Of a DNA stretch of 64,000 nt, positions 13,635-24,645 are shown piece by piece. The notes beneath the pieces are model-generated. The model searched no databases, was not told where the DNA came from, and saw only the letters and a program-made list of their open reading frames with translations. The stretch spans positions 3,348,001 through 3,412,000 of the forward strand of contig NC_134031.1 of assembly GCF_964204645.1 (NCBI RefSeq), written 5' to 3'. A program made the position numbers and the translations under genes. Source of the DNA: Tubulanus polymorphus. Taxonomy: Eukaryota; Animalia; Nemertea. Positions within the stretch are counted from its first letter, which is position 1. Each line of letters starts with the position of its first letter.

Positions 13635-13809
13635 GATTCAAGAATAGGGGACTAGTGGTTAGGGTTAGGGTTAGGTTTAGTTCCCTAATCATCATTAATT
13701 ACTATATACATTACTATCATTATATATCATCATTATCAATTACTAATATTATTACTTAATTGATTACTATCACTACATATATATTGCTATAGTCCCCTAT
13801 TCTTGAATC
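13635..13809. mobile_element. MITE with perfect 20 bp inverted termini and an internal TTAGGG run
   Basis: gattcaagaataggggacta (13635-13654) and tagtcccctattcttgaatc (13790-13809). ttagggttagggttagg lies just inside the left end. Confidence 0.75.
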
Positions 13810-16366
13810 GCACCGGACCTTGTACGTAGCCGAGATTTTTCTTGTCGTATAGTGCCACCTTGTGGAAAGGTGGCGGTCTTGACAGTCTCAAAATATTTGT
13901 GAAATTTATGGAATGTGAAAAAACAAAATTTGCATCTAAAAAATTGTGGAACTTGCATGCAAAAGGGGGTTGCCACCATCCCCCAACCCCCCTCTGGTGA
14001 CGCCCATGTTTCTTGAATTAATAGGCCTAATAGTGGCTTGTTTTTTAGAGCCTAACTTTACCTGACCTTTACCCTGCTGATCCATAACTAGCATTTATAG
14101 CAGGTACAATAAAAGCTGTGTTTAACCTCTAGTTCATATGGACCTGATGTTCATCAGGCCTATCATTTGATGGATTTTCATGATGCGCAGTTACCTGATT
14201 TGAAGTCATGTTGGCTGCTTCAATATGACTTTGGCTAGAGGCCTACCAATGTTTGTTTGAAATACAAGCCTGCACACAACCAACTGGCTACTCAGATATA
14301 TCTCGTATATTGTCAATGTGCACAATGAACTGGAGGCCTATATAATAATAACCAAATCTGGCTACACAAAACAAGAGTTCAATTTTCACGTTCATTGAGA
14401 CTTGAACTTTGAATCTTCACCAATCAGTTCTTTTTTCATTTCGAGCAAATTCGCCGAAATCAAATGTTTCTCGTGAACAATTTCGTGTTGCATCTCGGAA
14501 AATGACTGCGATCCTTAAAACGGCCAACGAAATCAGCGAAAATAAATGTCTTTCGGGTAGCCAGCTGATTTATAATTCAACCGAGGCCTCACACGGAATT
14601 TCTGATGGATTATTCCTAATGATTTCAATTCAGATAAATTATTGAAATTGTGCTAAAGCTGACTTATAATTCACCAAGAACCTTAGTGTCTGATGTACAA
14701 CAGTGTGTTACACTAGGATCATAGAACGACGGAGATCACTGTGGAGACAACCGCTGCCAGTGCTGGGTGAAACTTATAACAGCTATACCAACAGATATTT
14801 TGGTGCCAGGATATAATTTGCAAATTCGGGGGCAAGATTTTTGAGACCCACCGAATTATTTAGGGACAAAAATATTTTGCGACAAAATTCATCACTTCGA
14901 TTTACAGGAAAGCTGCCCTTTTCAACGATATCGCGCTGACCGACGAACCCCTGACGTAGTCACGGTACCCTGTCGAATAACAACCCTCAACCCACCTTTT
15001 AATTAAAGATCTCATCTTGTTTATTCGATTTGCCTAGCGAATTAATCTTAGACAAAAATAGCGCAAATGCTTATGTAATGAAAAAAGACGGCATGTGAAG
15101 ACTGCCGCTCACGTTTAGTAAAATGTGCCGATGTATACCTCGCTAATTTAATTATGTTTCGTTAAGTTGTTTGCACGGTTTCATTTATTTCCGTCGCCGT
15201 CAGTAACAGCCACGTGAGTTTCATAGATTTTTAAGTCGTATTTCCTAGGAAATCCAATACGGTGTCCCGGTTATAGCTCTGGTTAAAGGGGGGTCGACTC
15301 ACGTGCTTGACTGATGATCTCTCGTGCGGTTCTCATTTCATGTACGATGAATCTTTGAAAAAAGAAGATTTTTTTCGTGTAAAATATTTTGTTGTATTTG
15401 GTATTAGAAAAAGCCAGCATTTCAGTATGAAGTCAAGTGGTTAAATTGAACAGGCCCTTTGGTACCAATATTTCACAGTTTACGCTGGTTATGAAATTAC
15501 TTTTTAATTTAAAACCTAAGAAATATCATCAACAACAGTTCCAATCCTGTAATTTTTATTTCAAGAGTCGTACCCCGAGATGACATCAGCAAATCTAGGA
15601 CTCTTTGAATGGGGTGGACTTGAAAATTAAGATTTGAAAAGGGCAGATTTGGCAATCAATACAAGGGTGGGCTGCAAGCGGAACATTGGTGGGGGTTGCT
15701 CTCGCACAGAAAATTTAAGACATTTCTAGCCTGTATCAAGGCCCATTTGCATTTATTTTTAGTCAGATCAAGGGAGGTCGGTATATCGGGGGTCAACTGT
15801 AAATTAGTAACGTCATTTGGCCGCCGTTATGCTTAACATTCCCTCTTGGGATATGACAAGTCCTTCAAATATTGGCCTCTGGATCCTGGATTCTACTGTT
15901 ATTCTGTGACAATTACAACTTGTATCCTGTACAACCGGGTGTATTTGTGTTTGTTCGTTAGTTGCCGACATACTCTTGAGGCCCCTCATTTCTGTATACC
16001 AGGGCAGAGATACAATAATCTAACAGGTTGTAAAACGTTGACACCGTTTAGCGATATGTATCGCACTATCTGAATCGGTGTTTTCGAGTAGGGCATGAGT
16101 TCTGAAGATAATCAATTTTAAGATGCAGCCATTCTAGTTTGAGTCGTTAAAGCTGAGACTATCATCATATTGACAGCTTAGTGAATTGAATTGAAAATTG
16201 GGACTAAAAAGAAGACATTCCAGTATTGTGAGAACTTATCAGATGACATCTTCACCGAATTAGACTGTACGCAAGAAACTTCAACTTCAGATGTTCGTTT
16301 ATTTGCAGAATAAATCTTCCCTGATTTCCGCAAGTTAAATCAGGAAGGGTTAGATGGCAATGTTTA

Positions 16367-19300
16367 ATGGCGCTGTCTCCGAAAGCGAAGAAATGGATGA
16401 CCTATACCACTATCGGTTTCCTGTTCGGCCTCAGCGGTGTTGAGTACGGTATGTTAGCTAGCGATACTTAGGCTTGAAAAAATTGATACCTCGTTTCTCA
16501 TATTGTGGCCTCCTATCTGGCCTGTACATTACAAAAAAGCACGATCGAGCTAACAATAAAAGACATGGCAGCATTAGAAATGAACTGATTACGATTTTTA
16601 TCGCAGTTCACTAAATGACCCGGGCCGATTAGGAGAAACGTGCGATCATTTTAATCGTTTATCAAAACCTCGTTATCTTACGCGTGTACATGCAGCGCTC
16701 TACATCATTCATTCAAAAAATAGATCATTGTCGCTATAGATTGGTTCGCATTTATCTGAAAAAAAAAGTTCATCGGCGACGGAAGTAATCGCTTCGTTGA
16801 CTGATCTTTACAAAACCTTCAATCTGTTGTTTTCAGCGGTTATCCTGCCGACGTTATGGTTGTACATCAGCGAGCGCTTCGAAGCCGAGGAATATTTCCT
16901 CGGTCTGATTTTGTCGGCGTTCAGCTTTTCGGGGCTATTCGCCGCCCCGCTCATGGGAAGGTAAAAACATCTTACGTCACTAGTCTCACTAGCGGGGCTG
17001 CAGATTCCGCCCCTGACTTCTAGTCTAGTCCAGAGGTCCTAGAGGCCTTCGGACAAAGCAGGAAAATCAACAGCTTATATGCTTTAAGAATTCTATCGCT
17101 GATATTTAAGTTTCAATTTGAAAACAAATTTAGTACGTCTGCTGACATTTTCAGGTGGTACGATTATACGAAAAAGGTTAAATGGATTCTGCTGTTCGCC
17201 AATTTATGGGAGATTTCCGGCAACTTGATGTATTTTTTCGGATTAAACAAATGGTTTATACTGTCGAGCAGACTTGTCGCAGGTAATTGATTATTTCGGT
17301 CTTGTGCTGGATTTTTGAAAAAGCCAATTTCAGACCGAATCAAATCTGCTGTGAGTTCACGCACATTTTGTAATTCCGTTTGTTATCACTGATCCGGCTA
17401 GATGCAACTCAGTGATAGACAGTCAATTAAATCAGTGAGGCGTTGCCCACCTCCCTAATTAAACCGAAGTTCCTATTCACGTACAGAAAAATGATTCGTT
17501 CGAAATATTCCAAAAAATTTGTCATTTTGGTCAGTCTTAACTGGTCCGTTCTAAAATTGAATGATCCAGTTCTAAGCTCTAAAAACGAAGTGTGAACGCG
17601 GCTATAAACGCAACTCGATGATACAGTCACAATCTAGAAGTAAAACTATGGTTTTTATTTTCTGTAGGAATTGGAACCGGTGCGAGCGCCGCGGTCGTCG
17701 CCGACGTGTCACGAGCCACGACCAAAGATGAACGAACTGCGGTTTTATCGATGTTTATGGTTTGTCGTCAGTTCGGTCTCGTCGTCGGTAAAAAAGCCCG
17801 TTTCTTCCGGGGGTCATTCATTCGTTTGAAGTATGTCGACGTAAAGCAGAAGATCTTAAATAAAACTTTACTGCCGTGAACACTTACACGATGTATACGT
17901 AAATTGTAGACCGGGTTCTGGTCTGGTACAGTTTTGACAGAGTGGCCACTTACTTGGAAGTCAGAGAATTTTCTTTTCTTTAAAAGAATGAGGGATAAGT
18001 CAGGGAAATTTGATTAGATTGCTAGATCTCGTGTGTCAGACAGTTTCCGTCTATGCCTTACGTATTTGACTGTGTTAATTGATTGATGTCAGGGAAAAAA
18101 GCAAATCATATATAAATCGCCATGATATTTGAATTCCAACACATGGAAAAGATTCTTGTTGAAAAATTAATGCGAATGAAGGCTTAATGTCTTGTGTACT
18201 TATTCTTATGAATGGCCCCTCAGTGTTGTACGAAACATGTGCTTTAAGTTGTATGAAATTTTCAAATTTTTGATGTATTTATTTCAGGTCCTGCGTTTAA
18301 TCTATTTTTGGCTTACACCGACTTCAAAATCGGTCCGTTTAAAGTTGACGCCTTTACCTCACCAGGTGTAAGTATTGTTTTATCAATCGAAAAACTAGTA
18401 AAATTAGTAAAGCTATATTAACATAATTAGGCTGCTCACTTTCTTTTGAATAAATCGGGGCATATCCTGATATCATAGATTATTATTATTGATTGCATCT
18501 AGAGCAGACATAATCCATGCACATGTTAGTAGAGGTACTTACCCCTGTACTCGGCATTTTTTGATTTGTTTACCCGCTTCAGTCGTGGGTGAGTTTTACT
18601 TAACTAGAATTTATTTGGAAACACCTTCAGTTTCCCTGATTTGAACTTGGTGGAATATTTACAGTCGCAATAGTACAGTTCTCAATTCGGTGAAACATTT
18701 ACTGTCCCTAGGCTACAGGGCAAGTCTAAATATACTGTATGCTAATTTTTCTGCGTGTATTTTTTGCTTGTAGTTATTTATGGCGTTTCTGTGGTGTTTA
18801 CTCGAGGTGATGACCGCGTTCATGTACTTCGATTTACCGGCGATCGTCGAAGAGGAGAAAATCAAACGACACATCAACTACAGCACGAGCGAGACGAACT
18901 TAAACATTCAAGACGGCGGCGGCTGCGGCAACTATAGCGCGACGACAACGTCGATTCAAAATGCCGGCGATCGCGACGACTCGTCAACGCGTTACGAATC
19001 GTTAGATCAATTGATCAATAGTTACGACGACGTCGCCACGCTCAGTTATAATTCTATACCGAACGTGCCGTGTAGCGTGCAGGAAAATGGCGCGACGCGA
19101 AATGAAAACTATCTCGTAAATCCCGCCGCGAATGTCAACGACGACAATGTTTCATCGGGTGACGGCGTGATTGCGCCGACGCTGCTGCAGCGGGAAAACG
19201 AACTGCTCAGTTCGTCGTTGATGTACTCGAACGATATGATCGAATCGGCCGAGCGTTTTATGAGCACGGCGACCGACGACGGCGACTCGAGTCGCGATTG

Positions 19301-22198
19301 GAATAAACGCTGCTCGTCGGCTTCGTATCAGAATTACGACCGCACGAGAAACGAGGAGGACGCCGTCTGCCCTCCCGCCATGAACACCTCGAAAACGCTT
19401 TGTGATAAATTGAGATTTTTGTACAACGGTAAGTTGAATGAAATCGAACGGAAGTTGTGAATATTTCAAGTCTTGATGATATTATCGTCATATCACGGAG
19501 AGTTTCCATCAATCGTTTATTACCTATCCTCCCTCACAGGGATTCAAACCTGATCCTCCCTCACAGGGATTCAAATCTGATCCTCCCTCACAGGGATTCA
19601 AATCTGATCCTACCTCACATGGAATCAAATCTGATCCTCCCTCACAGGGATTCGAACCTGATCCTCCCTCACAGGGATTCAAACCTGATCCTTCCTCACA
19701 GGGATTCAAATCTGATCCTACCGCACATGGAATCAAATCTGATCCTCCCTCACAGGAAATCGAACCTGATCCTCCCTCACAGGGATTCAAACCTGATCCT
19801 TCCTCACAGGGATTCAAATCTGATCCTACCGCACATGGAATCAAATCTGATCCTCCCTCACAGGGATTCGAACCTGATCCTCCCTCACAGGGATTCGAAC
19901 CTGATCCTCTCTCACATTCACACCAAGACTCTGCCACCCTATGAAACCCTTCAGTAGACCCATCCTCCCTCAGCAGACACTACTATAGGAAAACCCTGGT
20001 CCTGATAGACATCTAATCATGAGACACGGTGACAATTAATACCAACCCCTGCCCTAGTAGACACATACTCCTCCAGCAGGAATTCAAACCTGATGGCATC
20101 ATGACCCTCTGTCACAGTACAAACCCTTACCCTAGTTAGTAAACACATGATTTAAACCTGATGATATCATGAGACTCTGCCACAGTATATTTATAGTAAA
20201 TAGTAGTTTTACTCGTGACTTTCTTTCATTCTCCGATCTCTATTTACAGAATACGTTCAAGAAGAAATAGTTGTGATACTTTTCGCGGTGTTTGCGTCGT
20301 TTTTCAATCAAGTCGGTTTAGAAACGATGGTGACTCCGATCACCGCGATTTACCTCAACTGGCGCGAATTCGAAAACAGTTTACTTTATTTTATAGCTGG
20401 AATTGAGGTGCGTTAATCCCCCTCTCATCGTCAGAGGCAATAATAACTACTACAAGCTAAGGCCAGGCTCGGTAGTTTTGTTGTTTCATGGATCTACCGA
20501 TATTATTTTTTAGAAATAAAAAGAAAGGAAATTTCCTTTTTGAGATCTTAAATCTGAGGACCTGAGTAATGAAAAAGCTCGTTAAAAAAGCTGAATTAAT
20601 ATTGGTGTTTATCATTGAACTGATATTTCCCGCCTTTAGAAAATGCGCATAACAACAAAAATTAAAAGCCTGGCCTAAAGCAACGTGTCAATCCGACCAT
20701 TGATGATGTCACTGTTTCTATTTTCAGATAATAATCATGTTTCTAGTCGTACGTTGTATGAGTAAATTCCTGTTAGACAGTACTATTATTATAATTGGTT
20801 ATATAATTGAAGTCGTCAGTCTGGTTTGGCTGATATATTATTTTCCACGCGCTAAACCCGGTATGTATCTGAATAAAGTACCGGATGTGTAAATAATTGA
20901 GTAAACCTAGCCGTTGACAAACTGGGACTGGCGTAATCAGCCCTAGTGAACGAACAGAAAAATAAGATCGAAAATCAGAAATTTATTTTTGTCTTCATAA
21001 GTTTATGTCGGTATTTCTGACAGATTTTTGACGGTGATGTATTTTAAAGGTGATGTAGCCAGTAATCTCGCCCCGTTTATTGTCGGTACGATCGCTGATG
21101 TGATGGGATTACCGCTGTTAGTCGTTTGTACGATGTCGCTTTATTCGAAAATAACGAAACCAGAAACTCAAGGTTCGTACATCGGAAATAATCAGTGCGG
21201 CTAGGTTTATTTTTATAAATACCGGTATAGGCAGGTCTGAGAACCTGTATCTTTAAATTGTAGTAGTACTAAAATATATAATAAACACGACATTTCGATC
21301 TCACCCAAGAGATCAACGTCACCTGACGATGATCTCTAGGGTGAGATCGAAACGTTGTGTATTTTGTATTTTAGATTGTTCGAATAAATAAATTCTTGAT
21401 TTCAATTCTTTTAATCTGTAGATAGCGGGTTTTAATCTTTTTATCCGTTCACCACGTTTGAGTGTGGTTATCTTACTATCAAAAATAGTAGTTTAACTCG
21501 TAATTGAAAATGAACTAGAAATTACTCCGATTTTGAAAGTATATTCTGATATTTCTGGTAGCAGTTGAGCTCTTCAAGAGAGTAGAAACTATCTAGTAGT
21601 CGTACCCAGGTCTGGTATAGGCAATGAATATTTCGTTGTTAGGTTTCCAGATTCATAGGAAATCTAGGAAAATTCTCAGAACTAATTTTATCAATTTCAA
21701 CTATTTACCGCACCCATTTGAAGTACAGTACAGCCTGCTTATTCCGGATCATTTGAGACCAGTGGATGTCTGTTGAATTCGCTTTCCCAGATTTTGTCAA
21801 AATTTTCCAGAAATGTATCGAACGTGTTTGAATATTACAGGTCTCAGCCATGGAATACGCAGCATCTTTATAGGATTGGCTACTATTTTAGGACCGCTCT
21901 GGACCGGTGGAATGATCAAACAACTATATGCTATGTTCGGCGTTATGTTATTTATAATGCTGTTAGCATTTGTAAGTACATGTAACCCCGACCTCAATGG
22001 AACCTTCACTAAAAGCATTCGACTTTTTAAAATCGTAGATTTTTTTTGTTTTCGTAGTTGATTTTGTTGGTATCGTTGCGACGTTTACGCAAAGCCGAGG
22101 TCGACGCTCCACGAAATTCCCCAGCAGACGTCTCGTCGAGATCGGCCACACCTACTTCAGACACCGATAACGATGAACATAAACCTCTGTTGGCATAA
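16367..22198 (+). CDS. MFSD8/CLN7-like major facilitator transporter; exons ~16367-16448, 16837-16960, 17155-17282, 17668-17787, 18288-18367, 18774-19428, 20250-20407, 20728-20860, 21050-21172, 21841-21971, 22058-22198
   Basis: GVEYAVILPTLWLY, APLMGRWYDYT, LSSRLVAGIGTG, RQFGLVVGPAFN, FNQVGLETMVTP, SLYSKIT..TQGLSHGIR, ATILGPLWTG. C-terminal EHKPLL dileucine motif. The exact paralog is uncertain. Confidence 0.88.
19524..19915. repeat. 27 bp minisatellite, ~14.5 copies, with a 4-unit (108 bp) higher-order period; intronic
   Basis: Unit atcctccctcacagggattc(a/g)aa(c/t)ctg. Every fourth unit is the variant atcctacc(t/g)cacatggaatcaaatctg. Confidence 0.95.
20459..20677. mobile_element. Small MITE (Harbinger-like ends)
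   Basis: taa|ggccaggct ... agcctggcc|taa. Confidence 0.5.
21269..21480 (+). mobile_element. Penelope-like element terminal remnant with an inverted hammerhead-like core
   Basis: 76 bp imperfect palindrome 21285-21360 contains CTGACGA-T-GATCTC-tagggt-GAGATC-GAAAC. It is followed by an AT-rich tail with aataaataaa. Confidence 0.55.
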
Positions 22199-24645
22199 TA
22201 CCATACTAACTAAACTTTTTTTAACCCGCTTAGGCCCAGGGACATTGAATGGTGTAATTTTCAAACTAGAGCATTAGTACCACTTTTTAAGTGGGGATGG
22301 TGTCCCTGGACCCCCTAGTTAAGATGGTTAGATTGGACCCTTTTGTTGCTCAAGTGTTCTACTGATTTCTTCACATTTAGTGAAGTAGACCCTGTAGTTA
22401 AACTGGACGGAAAAACTCAATTATCAGAATAAAGAATGGAATATTAATGGTACTGTATTAATATGTTTGCGCAGTACAGAATGTTTTTCACTAAATATTC
22501 CTGAAAAGTATGTGATATTTTTCTTTTTAAAATATGAGTTAAACCAGTTCGAAATAAAGATATATAGTATTTTTTACATGATTCTACTTAATTCTTTACT
22601 GCATCATTGTACCAGGGAGAGGAGGAGCAGTGCAGTGGAAGAGCGGGCCGTTTGGGGATCATTCATTCGGTGAAAGTATAAATTTATATTTAAGATAAAC
22701 AGGTATGATCTAAAAGGTTAAAGGTCCAATTATAGAGATTTGAGTTGACGTGACAAGCATATTTGAGGAAAGATAGATTTATTTACGATGGACGATATGT
22801 ACTTTTTGACACGATTATTCCCTTAAATTAATACCGGTAACAGTTCAGATTGCACCAGAAATCACGAATAAAACATAAATATACATACAATATAAAATGA
22901 CGGTAACTACAAAACGTGTACATTACAATTATATGAGTATCGACTACACTGGATTCAATTCACCTTCGTACTACAGTAGTAGACTCCCCTCAAGTCGGAT
23001 CCGATGAATAAAGAAATGACCGTTCAGCTCGGAAGATATGACTATTCAACTTCGTTGCAATACATGTATTTTCTGACCCTATGTTTTCAGTAGATTCCTC
23101 CTTACTTCGTCAAATAAATCCCTCAATGAACTATTTCCCAGATTCTAAACTCTTTATCCAGTCAACAATGGAATATTCATAGTCCCAATTACCAATGGTC
23201 CAATGCCAGTAGGGCGCAGTTTACCGCATAAAGTATGTATCGTCCAATTCGGATATCGCTCTCAAGTTGGACGAATGTTTCACCATTCAAAATGACCTGG
23301 CTTGAGCAGAGTCTACAATGTATTTAGAAGTTGTGGTGTGTGTGTTGTTCTTTCATTCCCAATTTTCACAGTTTAACCAATAAACAATACAAAGAAGAGC
23401 GGACGGGGGTTAAGTTTCTCTCAAAATATACCGGTAAGCAGCGCTTGATGCTGCCAGAATTTACACAGGATTTTAATAAATATATAATCTCGATAATACA
23501 GATCCGCCGGCTAGACTCGGCTCCCTTTCAGACATTTGACTACTTTATATCACATGGGTGTCCTTAAGGGGGTTTGGGTTACGAAAAACTCCCCACTTGA
23601 ACCTGTGCCCCTTGTCAATGAGGAAAAATATTTTTTTCACTTCATAAATTACGTAATTGTGCACCATGACAACAATTTAGATTTGAAATAGTCTATTCTT
23701 CAGCAGGACTGCAGCTTTAACCTCTATAAAACAAGTACGTATAATGGCCTAGGTTGTTATTTGAAATCTTAAAGAGAAATGCAACGCCCTCTTGAAAAAT
23801 TGTGGGTAATGCCCATGATATCACCATTGTAACAATTTTCTATCATTCAGGCATTACATATTGTCAGGCTTTACCCGGGACGTAGCCTATATAGTAACTG
23901 AACTAACACAAACTACAAACTCCACGGATCAGTTTCACAAAGCAAAAGTTTAATTAGTTGACAAATCGATACCTTGTTTCTCCTTTCTACTGAACTTAAA
24001 GTGTAAGTCCGGCTGGCTACCTATTATCTACTCTGTACATTACTTTTTTTTAAATCATGATCAAGCTAACAATAACAGACCCAGCAGCTAACTTATAACA
24101 AATTTTTTTCGGGATTTACAAAATGACCAGCCCGATTAGGAGAAACAAAGTTACATATTTCACTCTTATGGCAACTTTCTCATTTTCGATGAATTCAACA
24201 ATGTAAATTTGTTGTAATCAGCTTTGTGAAACCAACTCCAGACATTCTATCATACCAATTTCAAAATGTCATTCAAGCTTCACATTGTTCAGCACTTCAC
24301 CTGAGACATTTTTTCATTAAAAATGAACAACGAACGAATATAACAAACACCATACATTAAACTCACTCAGTCTTCTCAAGTGTTCGGCATTTCTAATTGA
24401 AAAAAATACTGCACATTGTTCGTTAAGCTTACCTGCACAAAACCTAGTTTGGCAGTAGTACTGTGGAACCTTATACAATGAACTTCCAGAAAATTTGTTT
24501 TTTAAACCGATACGGTCGTTCATTTTATCCAGTACGAAGTTATTAGAATCATCCTATTTGGAACCAAGTTCTAGGTTTGTAGCAACCGATAAATCACTAT
24601 ATCCGAGATAGTTATAACGAGGTTCCGCTGTAATCAGTGAACGTT

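Noticed and set aside
13657-13680. Telomere or chromosome-fusion scar
   Set aside because: Only about three TTAGGG units, enclosed within MITE termini.
16354-16448. Earlier ATGs (atggcaatg) as the MFSD8-like start
   Set aside because: Out of frame with the conserved GVEYAVILP junction. The in-frame ATG is at 16367. They may be upstream ATGs.
19457-19957. 166 aa and 137 aa repeat ORFs; CRISPR-like look of the array
   Set aside because: Head-to-tail 27 bp minisatellite with no unique spacers, inside an intron of a eukaryotic gene. The ORFs arise because the unit length is a multiple of 3.
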